A stretch of DNA of 64,000 nt from a virus, in IMG/VR virus record IMGVR_UViG_3300008262_000008. One strand, given 5' to 3'. The notes under the pieces were generated by a model. The model was not told where the DNA came from and did not search any database. It worked only from the letters and a program-made list of their open reading frames with translations. Numbering within the stretch: position 1 is the first letter of the stretch; every line of letters starts with the position of its first letter. Shown here piece after piece: positions 27,801 through 37,003 of the stretch. Both the position numbers and the translations under genes were made by a program.

Positions 27801-28809
27801 ATTGCGGTCCTGTAGATCCAATAACACCACTGACATTAATTGAAATGCCCACAGAGAAACCATGGTTTACTGGAGTATCATCCTCGTCTACAGTAATAGC
27901 AGTTGCTGTTTGACCGTTCCTGTTAATTGATAGGACACGAAATTCGTCAGAAATTGGACCAACAATTCTGTTTTCTTCAACTCTTGCTTGTAACTGATCT
28001 TGTCCAGGTGCTCCAGAAGTATCAGGAATAGAAGCGTATGCTCTTGAAATCTTTTGATAATAAAGTTCTAGATCAGTTCTATCTGATAAGTTTGGATCTC
28101 CAACTCCACTTGGAATTGTAAGTCTAGATCCACCATCTGCACTTGAAAGGTAACCAAGAGTATTTCTACCATCAGCAAATTCAAATGCTGTCAACTTATG
28201 GTGAGAGAAGCTTGGTTGAATAGTTCTGGGATCACCAGGAAGATAATATACTCCTGTTTCATCACCATCAAAAATGGTGAACTGCCACATATAGCATCCA
28301 CCAGTAACTCTGAATATTGCTGAACTCTTTGGTTCGTTTTCTGAACTAACGCCAATCGAAGATTTTGTTGTTGGATATGGAACATACTTAGGAACAATTT
28401 TTGTTCTTCTGAGGTCAGATCCAATAATTGAACAACCTCTAGGAACAATTACACCACCTTCAACAGAATTAAACTTATATAATACGTTTGATGGATTAGT
28501 AATATCAAAGTTACTGTTACTATCTAATGGTGCAATCTGTGTATAATCAAATTCTCCTGGTCTATTATCAATAATATATTCGGAAGGATACAGATAGATA
28601 CTAAAAGCATCAAATTCGTCGTTTGAAAGTCCTACTCTATACGAAAATCTAGCAACTTCTAAAAATGCTCTTTGTAAAGTTTTAAACGGTCTTAGAGCAG
28701 AGTTGCCCCTATTATCAATCGAATCTGTAGCATCAAAATCGTCTGGGTTGACGTAAATAATACGCCCAGTACGAGAAGTGACAATATTCTTTAATCTTGT
28801 TAATGACAT
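24889..28809 (-). CDS. large tail fibre / virion structural protein
   Basis: 1306 aa; MSLTRLKN..IYVNPDDFDATD...RPFKTLQRA start typical of cyanomyovirus fibres; beta-helix-like core; C-terminal YTGNGTTTTF..VFLNGVLQ repeat. Confidence 0.8.
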   Translation of the reverse strand: MSLTRLKNIVTSRTGRIIYVNPDDFDATDSIDNRGNSALRPFKTLQRAFLEVARFSYRVGLSNDEFDAFSIYLYPSEYIIDNRPGEFDYTQIAPLDSNSNFDITNPSNVLYKFNSVEGGVIVPRGCSIIGSDLRRTKIVPKYVPYPTTKSSIGVSSENEPKSSAIFRVTGGCYMWQFTIFDGDETGVYYLPGDPRTIQPSFSHHKLTAFEFADGRNTLGYLSSADGGSRLTIPSGVGDPNLSDRTDLELYYQKISRAYASIPDTSGAPGQDQLQARVEENRIVGPISDEFRVLSINRNGQTATAITVDEDDTPVNHGFSVGISINVSGVIGSTGPQSDLDAALYNGSFQVTSAQGSLFTYQMASEPSGNAIGTNILAKVEIDTVDSASPYIFNCSLRSVWGLNGMNADGFRTTGFKSMVVAQFTGLSLQKDDRAFVRYNSVTKTYDDGGSGSHLDGACRYKQGWRHCHIKAANDAFIQVVSVFAVAYGDHFFADSGADMSITNSNSNFGSTALRCRGFKAAAFTKDKAGTFTHVIPPKQLDVVSTTATGTSGQFTITVANNNGIVQGQAVSGNGIGTNATVSAINGTVITLSVANASTVSGYITFGTEISINWVNIDVKRTKHVGALGGASGTGARLYLYGYTNASTAPPVKAQGYQIGARYDTTQSLPDRLFCNLQTTTGNIIREARISPSNNTGLVTGTTAGQTNSPIKYDSTVYNISGLGNVVGGWYIQCVQGATNTIYTELNTSTIYNNLNFTPSAFIKRISDARTLKDRIYRFRYVIPKGAKPLPRDPLTGYVIQPRQGTASDYNKVFYVYESEKIQPFISDVQDGIFYLTVLCASISPTTSNYSDYKFSQNVNEVYPAFDRDNPQADPLAAISIADNVTIGAVSATSDGTTVDSKRSITKEAVEFFLAETSNALGYTSTLNKLGTTTVTAYAGDAETRKIPLKLQGSTVVDLLIELRRHSIQRSGNHTFEYVGFGPGNYSTAFPQTQIEVLTFDQVKYAQCLKEAAGVSFYSGLNSNGDLFIGNQVINPVTGQITSSDIAQLNVVGEEGTTIQTFSELVLTDKLTVIGGDSNSLESLFSGPVTFQSKVTSDQEFQAKKITYSNNDGTVLKGTLIAPTNTSGNPVLPTYYTTPSNGDIIWNTSWDPTSTTTGYGRNLGWLYYGTTWYQFGLTNTKVFDLRNFAITADALSTTTNVGIGAAPISTAKLNVGGNLNATGNLSVTGTYGLSGKYVSRNYTGNGTTTTFALTALTAHTSSSVLVFLNGVLQIPATHYNVSGTNVVFTGTHIPSARDTIHIRELPL

Positions 28810-28836
28810 TTCTTATTTCCGTATAGAGGTTAAGAA

Positions 28837-30639
28837 TTATAGCGATTGAGTATACTGAACAACTGCAAAGTCACTAGTGACATCCTCAAATCCATCCAAA
28901 ACATAACTAAGAGTATTAGCAGTTGAATATATAACAATATTTTGTCCAGGTCCAACTACAATTCCAGAATTTTTATCAGTGACATTTCCAGAAATTGCTT
29001 TATCATAAAAAATGTAATCTGCAGTATCATCAACATCAGTATTTGTCGTTACAGCAGAAGGTGTAATTAAAGTTCTAGCAGACCCTGATAACTTAGGAGT
29101 ATCATAAAATGCATTACTTGTAGTAAATACTGCTGATCCCACACCCAGAGAGACTTTCAAACTAGTAGAACTATAACTTTGTACATATCCATAAGGACCA
29201 GTTGTTACTGTTCCTACAGTCTGTGTAGTATTGCCAATAACAATTACGTCAGTCGATATCCAAGTACCTGTAGGATCATATACATAAACCTCACTATAAC
29301 GAGGATCTGGATCTACTGTAACTGCTCCACCAAATCCACTATTAGCATCTTCATAATAGAATAATGAATAAACACCACTAATATTAGAATTGGTAACTAC
29401 AAACTGAGTATATGCACCAGAACTACCTGGTGTACCACTTGTTGTTACACCTTCTGTTGCACCAAAATTTCCATTACCACCTTCTGAAATATCTGCAAAA
29501 CTAAGTACATATCCAGTATTACTGGTATCATTTGTCAAAAATCTATATGTTCTTCCAAGATCTAAAGTTAGAGTTGCATATCTACCATATGTACCCGATC
29601 CCAAATCAAATACATATTGGTTTGAAGAACTATAAGTAGTAGATGTATTAGTTGCTGTAGCCCCACTTGGAGAAGCAGTGAGTGCATCTTGATCTGCAAA
29701 AAATCTAAGAACGAGAGATCCCGAGTTTACATAACGTGTAATCGTTGCTCCGTTTGCCGCAGTAGCAGCAGTTGTACTGAATGATGCCCTAGTAACTGTA
29801 AAATCACTAGCATTTACTGCAGTAATCGTCAATAATTCATTACCAATTTTAATATAATCACCTTGAGAGAAACCTGCAGTACTAGCAACTGGAATAGTGG
29901 TATCACTAGCAGTAATACCTCCTACTTGGTTAATTGTAGTAGTTATTGGACTTGCACTAGCACTCAAAATACTTGCTGTAGTTCCTGCAGTGTGTGCAGC
30001 TGCAGTAGTAGCAAGAGACCCTCTAGTGACATTTAGAGTTCTATTAGTAATACCTGTAACAGTAATCAATTCTGAATCTGCATAAAGATAATCTGTTGCA
30101 ATAACTGTAGATACATCATTAACAATAATTGAAGTTACCCCACTAGTAACAGGAGAAATATTTAAAGTAAGACCATTTGTTGAAGTTGCATACACAGTAG
30201 CAGATAATCCAAATGTATTGCTAACAGAATCACCTACAGCAAAAGTTCCAGAAGGACTGGAAATATTAATATCACCTAAAGAAGCAACTTTAACTCCAAT
30301 ACTGATATTTGATGTTGGAATTACAGCATCGAGTAACTTTGCAGTTTTCTTACCATCAGCACTAGTAATATTAGCACCTGGACTAAATTCACTTAGTTTA
30401 ACTCCAGGAGAAAGTGCTAATTTGTAAGATGATACTGGATTTCCTCTATAGAAATTTTGAGCAGCAGGAACTGTCAAAATTTGATCATAATCTTTTAAGG
30501 CAACTCTATATGAAGTTGCACTAGAACTCTGATTGCAAACATTTAATACAGCACTAGCTGATCCTGTGATTGGACACCTATACAATATCGTATTGGTTGT
30601 TGCTGCTGGTTTTGATGAAGCTAATTTACCTGCGGTCAT
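28837..30639 (-). CDS. virion structural/fibre protein
   Basis: Thr/Ser/Gly-rich; internal repeats ELITVT...VTRG...TTAA. Confidence 0.7.
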   Translation of the reverse strand: MTAGKLASSKPAATTNTILYRCPITGSASAVLNVCNQSSSATSYRVALKDYDQILTVPAAQNFYRGNPVSSYKLALSPGVKLSEFSPGANITSADGKKTAKLLDAVIPTSNISIGVKVASLGDINISSPSGTFAVGDSVSNTFGLSATVYATSTNGLTLNISPVTSGVTSIIVNDVSTVIATDYLYADSELITVTGITNRTLNVTRGSLATTAAAHTAGTTASILSASASPITTTINQVGGITASDTTIPVASTAGFSQGDYIKIGNELLTITAVNASDFTVTRASFSTTAATAANGATITRYVNSGSLVLRFFADQDALTASPSGATATNTSTTYSSSNQYVFDLGSGTYGRYATLTLDLGRTYRFLTNDTSNTGYVLSFADISEGGNGNFGATEGVTTSGTPGSSGAYTQFVVTNSNISGVYSLFYYEDANSGFGGAVTVDPDPRYSEVYVYDPTGTWISTDVIVIGNTTQTVGTVTTGPYGYVQSYSSTSLKVSLGVGSAVFTTSNAFYDTPKLSGSARTLITPSAVTTNTDVDDTADYIFYDKAISGNVTDKNSGIVVGPGQNIVIYSTANTLSYVLDGFEDVTSDFAVVQYTQSL

Positions 30640-30646
30640 TTTCTAA

Positions 30647-31969
30647 TTACCATCCTGCTAAAAAGTGTGATTGAAGTCTTAGTCTGCCTCCGAAACTTGC
30701 TGCTGATAGAGCACCCCCAAATGCAATTCCTTCAACTGCAGTATTATCAGTTGAAAGTAGAGTAGCATTTCCATCAGGAAATTTAATTGTTCTATTAGTA
30801 GTAATATTTGATAAATCAAAATTAATTACTCTAGAACTATCTACACTATCAACAAACTTTGCTTTATCTATACTCTTATTATATAGGATTTGTGTAGCTC
30901 TTTCAGTAACTACAATACTTGGAGTTCCAGTTACATTTAAAGATGCTGCAGGAAATCCAAAATTATAGTTATTTCCTGAAGTTTGATTAGTTAAACTAAA
31001 AGTAATTTTTTTGGTAGGATCAACTGTATCAGCAAATGTAGGTGAAAGATAATTTTTATTGCTAATATTTTGAGCATTTGCTTCACCAACCACAGTAATA
31101 TTTGAGTTTGGAAATGTTACTGTTCTTGGAGAAGATACTCCCTCACAACTAATAATAATTTTACCAGTAGAGGTAGTAGTATCTGCAAATGAAGTAGCGA
31201 TTAAACTTTTATTTGATAAATTTTGAGTTGCTAAAGTATCTGCAAGTTCTACCGAAGTGAATGCATTACCTGGATCTGGAAGAAAATAAGTTCTGGTAGA
31301 AAGAGGAGTACCAGACCAATTAATTCCAAAAGAAGCTCTCTTATTTGTATCATCACCATCTAAAATAACAAGATCACTTTCTGAAATATTAATCTGCTTA
31401 TTACTTAGAGTTTGAATTGTGTCAGTTCCAACCAAAGTCAAAGTTGAACCTTGAATTAATGGAAATGCAACTGTTCTTCCGCTTGTCGGACCAGTTACTC
31501 CAGAAACGATAGAATTTAAATCAAATTTGATCTTTTTGTTACTATCAAGTGCATTGGTAACAACTAAATTAGTATCAGTAACTCTAAATTCTCCACCAAC
31601 TGAAATAAATCCACCAGCTTTTGGAACAAGACGCAAACTAGCATTAGGAGCAGTATCATCTAAAAGAGAACAAGTAATAGTTGCATCAGTACCAGAAACT
31701 GATCTTTGATATAACAGTCCAGCTGGACCAAATGCTACACCTAATTCATTTGCAGCAGACTGATAAAATCCAGTTGATCTATTAAGACTAAACGCAATTC
31801 CTGGAGCTGCCTTACTTCCTGAAGAAGCACAACGAAGTACTTGACTTGTTTTTGCTTGCCTATTAGGAGAAAGTGGGTCAGAAACAACTACTGGTAGAAT
31901 TGCCTCTGAAGTTAGCTCAGCATCAGTAATTGGTTGTAGTTGTGTAATCTTTTTGGTTACTGTTGCCAC
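30647..31969 (-). CDS. fibre-like structural protein with QxLxNK repeats
   Basis: KKITQL start; repeated TV.FP...TL.G....Q.LSNK units. Confidence 0.7.
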   Translation of the reverse strand: MATVTKKITQLQPITDAELTSEAILPVVVSDPLSPNRQAKTSQVLRCASSGSKAAPGIAFSLNRSTGFYQSAANELGVAFGPAGLLYQRSVSGTDATITCSLLDDTAPNASLRLVPKAGGFISVGGEFRVTDTNLVVTNALDSNKKIKFDLNSIVSGVTGPTSGRTVAFPLIQGSTLTLVGTDTIQTLSNKQINISESDLVILDGDDTNKRASFGINWSGTPLSTRTYFLPDPGNAFTSVELADTLATQNLSNKSLIATSFADTTTSTGKIIISCEGVSSPRTVTFPNSNITVVGEANAQNISNKNYLSPTFADTVDPTKKITFSLTNQTSGNNYNFGFPAASLNVTGTPSIVVTERATQILYNKSIDKAKFVDSVDSSRVINFDLSNITTNRTIKFPDGNATLLSTDNTAVEGIAFGGALSAASFGGRLRLQSHFLAGW

Positions 31970-31998
31970 TTAATTATCTCACCTATTATCTACAGTTT

Positions 31999-32006
31999 TA
32001 TTTATA
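31999..32006 (-). promoter_or_regulatory. T4-type late promoter TATAAATA heading the fibre operon
   Basis: Exact gp55 consensus 30 nt before ATG 31969. ATAAATA also occurs at 19824-30, 22468-74, 24883-89, 35724-30, 45473-79, 56004-10 and 61418-24. Confidence 0.75.
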
Positions 32007-32014
32007 ACGTTTAA

Positions 32015-32086
32015 AGCCCCCGACAAGATTCGAACTTGCGACCAGCGGTTTACAAAACCGCTGCTCTACCACTGAGCTACAGAGGC
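32015..32086 (-). tRNA. trnT: tRNA-Thr(UGU)
   Basis: GCCTCTGTAGCTCAGTGGTAGAGC...TTTGTAA...GTTCGAAT cloverleaf; no encoded CCA. Confidence 0.95.
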
Positions 32087-32090
32087 ATAA

Positions 32091-32372
32091 TTATTGATCT
32101 ATCATTAGATCTTGAATTGAAACACTATCTTCAGTGTATTCTAACTCAAATAACAATGGGTGTACACATTCAGCAATAAGATAACTAGATCCTCTTCCAA
32201 TATCTTCGATAGAGATTGGATCTGAATTTCCAACTTCTAAGTAGACTTCAGGATTTATTTTTTCTTCCTGGGTAACATCATCCCAGGAAAAAGGAACACC
32301 ATTTGCATAATATACTTTAACAATACCTCTACTGAATAGAAATTGATACTTAAGATGTATCGTTATTTTCAT
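32091..32372 (-). CDS. hypothetical protein
   Basis: ORF track; ATGA overlap with speD. Confidence 0.6.
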   Translation of the reverse strand: MKITIHLKYQFLFSRGIVKVYYANGVPFSWDDVTQEEKINPEVYLEVGNSDPISIEDIGRGSSYLIAECVHPLLFELEYTEDSVSIQDLMIDQ

Positions 32373-32704
32373 CTATCGAAACAATTTGTTTTATGGTTAG
32401 AAGATTGTAGCTCCATAACCAAATGTAGAATTGCAGGTCTTGGATCGCAATCCCCACAAGTAAAAGCATCTATTGCAGCACACTGACGTTCTGGCCAAGT
32501 ATGAATACTTAAATGACTTTCAGAAAGTAAAGCAACCATAGTAATACCATGAGGATCAAATTGATGATATGAAATATTCAGAAGAGTTGCTTTTGATTTA
32601 TTTATTGCCTCAACAAAGGCACTTTTAAGGAATTCTACATCATTAAGTAATAGTGCAGAACAACCATAGACTTCAGTTACACAATGTTTTCCTAGTTTTT
32701 CCAA
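32369..32704 (-). CDS. speD: S-adenosylmethionine decarboxylase proenzyme
   Basis: GKH...YGC; HQFDPHGIT..ALLSESHLSIHTWPE self-cleavage motif; FTCG. Confidence 0.9.
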   Translation of the reverse strand: MEKLGKHCVTEVYGCSALLLNDVEFLKSAFVEAINKSKATLLNISYHQFDPHGITMVALLSESHLSIHTWPERQCAAIDAFTCGDCDPRPAILHLVMELQSSNHKTNCFDR

Positions 32705-32739
32705 TTACATAAATTCTCCAATTTACTTATGTATACAAG

Positions 32740-32823
32740 TAGGAGCAGGGAGACTTGAACTCCCACGGGCATAAGCCCAACAGATTTTAAGTCTGGTGTG
32801 TCTACCGATTCCACCATGCTCCC
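32740..32823 (-). tRNA. trnL: tRNA-Leu(UAA), intron-less
   Basis: GGGAGCATGGTGGAATCGGTAGAC...CTTAAAA...; long variable arm. Confidence 0.95.
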
Positions 32824-32873
32824 AAGAGGGGAAAGTTTCCTTCCCCCAACACTTCCCTCACACGGACAAGAGT

Positions 32874-32902
32874 AATATAGCAGGGTTCGGGCAGGTTGTC
32901 AA
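32874..32902 (-). promoter_or_regulatory. sigma70 promoter for tRNA-Leu/speD/tRNA-Thr
   Basis: TTGACA-N17-TATATT. Confidence 0.8.
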
Positions 32903-32906
32903 GGGG

Positions 32907-33167
32907 TCAGACAATTTCAGTCGGTTTTAAGAATTCTTGTTCTAGTTCTTTAAGATCTTCCGCAATCGACATTTGATCTACGTCTGGAGTTTCCAATGGA
33001 ATGTTATTAGTTATAAGGTCTTTTAACTCATCATTAATTGGTACGCATAAGACTGCCTTTCCTTGGTTCGTAACGATCTTAATTGTAGTACCTCTTTGTA
33101 CAAGTGTCAAGCAGAAATCAAAGTTTTGTGAGAATTCATCTTCTGCAATTTCTAAAAAATTATTCAT
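32907..33167 (-). CDS. Phd/YefM-like small protein
   Basis: EIAEDEFSQNFDFCLTLVQRGTTIKIVTNQGKAVLCVPI; GGAG before the ATG (alternative start 33179). Confidence 0.5.
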   Translation of the reverse strand: MNNFLEIAEDEFSQNFDFCLTLVQRGTTIKIVTNQGKAVLCVPINDELKDLITNNIPLETPDVDQMSIAEDLKELEQEFLKPTEIV

Positions 33168-33178
33168 AAAAGTCTCCA

Positions 33179-35698
33179 TTAATTTAACATAATTACTGTT
33201 CCCATAATCACAACAGTACCTGCCGCAGCAGTGATTGTGATTGCTCCAGCAGCACATGTAGTGGTAAATGGACCTGCAGCAATACTATTTACCATACCAC
33301 CAGCAGCAACATTATTTACAATACCACCAGCAGCAACATTATTTACAATACCACCAGCAGCAACACTATTTACCATAGGTCCACAACTTGTAGTTGTAAT
33401 AGTTGGGACTGCAGATCCTGGAGCAAGACCAGGAATAGTTGTAGTTAAAATACTACCACTAACAGTTGTTGTAATTCCAGTAATCACCTTTGGTAAAGGT
33501 GAAGGTGGAATATTAATGTTCTGCATTAAATGTGGTGTATTAATTGTTGTTGAACTACCACCAGATAAATTTAAATCATTTGAAGCATTTAAGTTAATTG
33601 ATCCTGCATTAATATTATATGTGTCCGAGATAAGTTTAATGTCTGTTCCACGATGAGCGGCAACAGTAGTAGAAGCAGATGTCATTTGAATTCTACCACT
33701 TCCTCCAATATCAGCTTCTCCCGCAAAATGAATTACACTTTTAACTTGCTTTTTAGCAGTTGAATTCTTTTTACCAGTTTTAATATTTCTAGGTTTGGGA
33801 GCACTAGCAACATTGACAAACATGCCGCCACCTATTTCTAAATGAAAATCACCATTAACTTTTAATCGAAGATCCCCATCAATATTCATAAAGTGATCTC
33901 CACCAACTTTATGCATATGATCTAACGGAATATTTTCTGTTAAAGTACCAGCATAACCCCAATAGTCACCAACAAGACATTTTTTGGGGTCTAAAAGACT
34001 TTTTGCTTTTTCTTCTGGAGTTTGCCCTGCTTGTTTTTGCTTCTCTCCTTTTAAGTATTCTGCATGTGTCTTTGTATCAACCTTAGATTGAGTATGAGTA
34101 GTTCCATTACCTCCACGAGTAATTGTACTTTCTATTCCTGGAGTGGAATTTTGGAGAATATATGCACCGTTAGCAAAAGTTTGAATAGTTGAAAGTAATG
34201 GATTGATATTTTGAAACATAATATCAAAGATACTTTGTTTATCTCCATTACCAACTTCAAAATTAATTAATTCATTGATGTTTTGTTCATCACAAGCAGT
34301 TCCACCTAGAAATGGAACCCATCCATCAGTCTGAGGTTGTGAAGGTTTTTGATTACATCCAGTTTCAAAAAGACTAACTAAATTAACAATAAAATCAACA
34401 ATTTGCTGTACACTTAGTTTTTCAAAGTCTATTTTGAAAATATTTGTTCCTAATGAACCAGTGACTTCATCAACACCTTTAAATGCTTTAGCAATGCCTT
34501 CAATCTGTTTCATTACACTTAAAACTTGCTTTACCATACTTAGAATTTGTCTAAGTTGATTGAAGATATATTCTTTAATACTTTCAACGGTCGTTAAAAT
34601 ACCAGAAGCCAAATCAAATGCTTTATTAACTAATCCTGTAACAAAACTTTCAACAAAACCCATTGGATCACTCAAAAGAGCAAAAATTGTGGCATCTAAT
34701 CCACAAAGAAGTTGCTGTAACACTTGAGCAATCCCTTTCATAACGATAGTAGCTACAAGGGGAACTCCTGTAGATAATGATTTTTTAATAGGATCTAATA
34801 CATCAGCAATTAAATTCATTACTGCCTGCTTAATTGTACCTAAAAATCCAGATAAAATTGTAGTAATTAAATTTTCTACTTTAGCAATAATTCTATCAAC
34901 CTTTTCAACTGCTCCTGTAAGCATATTAACAAATCCACCCTTACCATCAGGAACACTTTCTGAAAGAGTTGCTGCTAATTCTTCTAAAGCAACACAAATA
35001 GAATATTCATATGTTTGCCAAACACCTTTAATACCATCAGCTGCAGGTTGCTTACAACTCGAAAGTTTTGGTTTTGCTGTATTTGCATCACTACCCTGAG
35101 AAAAAGTAGGTGCTTGCTGAGGAATATCTGGTCTAGGAGTTCCACCTTTAGAAGGATCTGTTCCACCAGTAGCAGAAGGATTTGGAGATGGAGATGTATT
35201 TCCTCCACTAATAGTTTGATCACCTCCAGGTGTTTCAATAAAACTATTAGGAGTTCCCTTATGAAGAGCTGTTCCATCTTCAGCAACATCATTTCCTGCT
35301 GCCCATTGAGCAGCAATTCCACCATCTTTACTAATAAATCCTTTATTAATAGTTCTTAAGACACCCATCACAACAGGTAATTGGGCTTCTTCACCATCCA
35401 TGAAAAATCCCATAACAATTGCACCTGGATCCAATTGACCTGCAGAATATCCTAATCCATCAGTTCCTGATTGATTAGTTGGTTGTAATACCAATGCCCA
35501 AGGCAAATTTTTGTTAGGTAAAGCAGTTTTATACTCTTTAGTTGGTCCAGTATACCAACCAAGAACTCTAACTTTAACTCTACCTAGATGTAGTGGATCA
35601 TCCTTATCTTCTACTTCTCCAATCCACCACACATAAGATCCACGACCCATAAAATCGGTCTTATTCTCACCTATAATATTTTCAATACTAGCTGCCAT
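33179..35698 (-). CDS. gp5: baseplate hub/central spike gp5-like protein without lysozyme domain
   Basis: WWIGEVEDKDDPLHLGRVKVRVLG..LPWA...GAIVMGFFMDG OB-fold; beta-helix repeats at the C-terminus. Confidence 0.8.
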   Translation of the reverse strand: MAASIENIIGENKTDFMGRGSYVWWIGEVEDKDDPLHLGRVKVRVLGWYTGPTKEYKTALPNKNLPWALVLQPTNQSGTDGLGYSAGQLDPGAIVMGFFMDGEEAQLPVVMGVLRTINKGFISKDGGIAAQWAAGNDVAEDGTALHKGTPNSFIETPGGDQTISGGNTSPSPNPSATGGTDPSKGGTPRPDIPQQAPTFSQGSDANTAKPKLSSCKQPAADGIKGVWQTYEYSICVALEELAATLSESVPDGKGGFVNMLTGAVEKVDRIIAKVENLITTILSGFLGTIKQAVMNLIADVLDPIKKSLSTGVPLVATIVMKGIAQVLQQLLCGLDATIFALLSDPMGFVESFVTGLVNKAFDLASGILTTVESIKEYIFNQLRQILSMVKQVLSVMKQIEGIAKAFKGVDEVTGSLGTNIFKIDFEKLSVQQIVDFIVNLVSLFETGCNQKPSQPQTDGWVPFLGGTACDEQNINELINFEVGNGDKQSIFDIMFQNINPLLSTIQTFANGAYILQNSTPGIESTITRGGNGTTHTQSKVDTKTHAEYLKGEKQKQAGQTPEEKAKSLLDPKKCLVGDYWGYAGTLTENIPLDHMHKVGGDHFMNIDGDLRLKVNGDFHLEIGGGMFVNVASAPKPRNIKTGKKNSTAKKQVKSVIHFAGEADIGGSGRIQMTSASTTVAAHRGTDIKLISDTYNINAGSINLNASNDLNLSGGSSTTINTPHLMQNINIPPSPLPKVITGITTTVSGSILTTTIPGLAPGSAVPTITTTSCGPMVNSVAAGGIVNNVAAGGIVNNVAAGGMVNSIAAGPFTTTCAAGAITITAAAGTVVIMGTVIMLN
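33294..33374. repeat. 3 x 27-bp coding tandem repeat (V-N-N/S-V-A-A-G-G-I/M)
   Basis: ataccaccagcagcaacattatttaca twice exactly, plus one variant. Confidence 0.9.
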
Positions 35699-35722
35699 GA
35701 ATTTATTGTGGGAATTACTTGA

Positions 35723-36181
35723 TTATTTATTCTCTGTTGGACAATCATTTGCCCAGACTGCACATATTCTCATTTCTCCTCCAAGCAGTTTTGATTCACC
35801 TGTTTGAAGATTTGGATCAATATCTTTTTCTGAATATCTTGGTTTATATTTTTTATCTGCTTCCTCAATAATGCGATTATACTCTGGAGTTACTTGATCG
35901 ATTGCTCTATCTACATCTCGTTTAATTCTACGATCTATAGCATTAGGATCTCTCAATATTAATTCATTAAGAATACCACCTGGAAAAAATTTTCTTTGGG
36001 CTTCATCTAATAAATCCCACAATCCACTTTCAGAAATCCCTGTACATTGTGAAAGTGTTGCTATAATTACTGATAATACAGTTCCAACTATGATTAGTTG
36101 TTTATTATCAGGTTTTTTGTGACCAAAATTAAAATTAAACATAAGAAAGGGGAGGTCTGCAGCTCTCCCCTTATATATCAA
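35723..36181 (-). CDS. membrane-anchored hypothetical protein
   Basis: LIIVGTVLSVIIATLSQC TM segment. Confidence 0.65.
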   Translation of the reverse strand: MIYKGRAADLPFLMFNFNFGHKKPDNKQLIIVGTVLSVIIATLSQCTGISESGLWDLLDEAQRKFFPGGILNELILRDPNAIDRRIKRDVDRAIDQVTPEYNRIIEEADKKYKPRYSEKDIDPNLQTGESKLLGGEMRICAVWANDCPTENK

Positions 36182-36810
36182 ACTTCTACCGTAATCAGTC
36201 GAGAAGCATAATCATGTGCATAAGATGTACGAGCACCATGATGCCCCCAACCAATCCAACTATACGCATAGTCCATGTAACGATTGATAGATTTACCAGG
36301 AACTTTCATCTTATCTTCAATCTCTTTCCATTGGACTTCATTTGTAAGATAACGAAGTTGCGTATGAATATTTGATGGTGAACCACCAAACTTCTTAGCA
36401 AAATCACCCAATCCATAATAACGGTTGGCAGATGTCCATTGGATCAGTCCATAACCGCCGTAGCAGTTATTCCAACTGGTCCTTGCACCACCTTCACAGA
36501 TATTAGGCACGAACATAGATTCTTGCTTAATGTTACCCATGATGGTAGCTAGGGCGTTTCTGTCTTTAATTCCTTGATCTTGGAAAAATTCCAAAGCAAG
36601 GCTTTCATGTTCTGAACACCCTTTACAAATTAACCTTTTCTCCTTAGGCTTTTCAGGTGCAACCTCCTTGGTCGCTGTCGTTTCAAACTCCTTTATAATA
36701 GAAAACGGCACTGGAGGTGTCGTTAAAGGAGGAAATATCGGCATCGTTGCCATATTGGTTGTAACCGTTGCCAAAAGAGGCATGGTTACAGTTGTAAAGT
36801 AATTAAACAT
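36178..36810 (-). CDS. phage tail lysozyme-type cell wall hydrolase
   Basis: LATIMGNIKQES...GYGLIQWT...QLRYL; start trimmed to MFNYF. Confidence 0.8.
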   Translation of the reverse strand: MFNYFTTVTMPLLATVTTNMATMPIFPPLTTPPVPFSIIKEFETTATKEVAPEKPKEKRLICKGCSEHESLALEFFQDQGIKDRNALATIMGNIKQESMFVPNICEGGARTSWNNCYGGYGLIQWTSANRYYGLGDFAKKFGGSPSNIHTQLRYLTNEVQWKEIEDKMKVPGKSINRYMDYAYSWIGWGHHGARTSYAHDYASRLITVEV

Positions 36811-36821
36811 TAACTCCGATT

Positions 36822-36885
36822 GAACTCTACATCCGTATAGAAAGGGGGTACACCCTTTTCTCAAAGGGCACTTTCCACGGCTCTA
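36822..36885 (-). ncRNA. candidate structured leader RNA
   Basis: Nested stems CCGTG/TACGG, GAAAG/CTTTC and CCCTTT-GAGA-AAAGGG. Confidence 0.45.
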
Positions 36886-36928
36886 AAGGCAATACTCAAA
36901 CTCTCATAATAAAAATTGGTACTACCTA

Positions 36929-37000
36929 TGGGAACAGATAGATTTGAACTATCGACCTCTGCGTTATCAGCACATTGCTCTACCACTGAGCTATGCTCCC
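36929..37000 (-). tRNA. trnI: tRNA-Ile(GAU)
   Basis: GGGAGCATAGCTCAGTGGTAGAGC...CTGATAA...GTTCAAAT. Confidence 0.9.
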
Positions 37001-37003
37001 ATA

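Noticed and set aside
33294-33374. 27-bp tandem repeat as a CRISPR or VNTR switch
   Set aside because: No spacers; in-frame beta-helix repeat of the gp5 spike.
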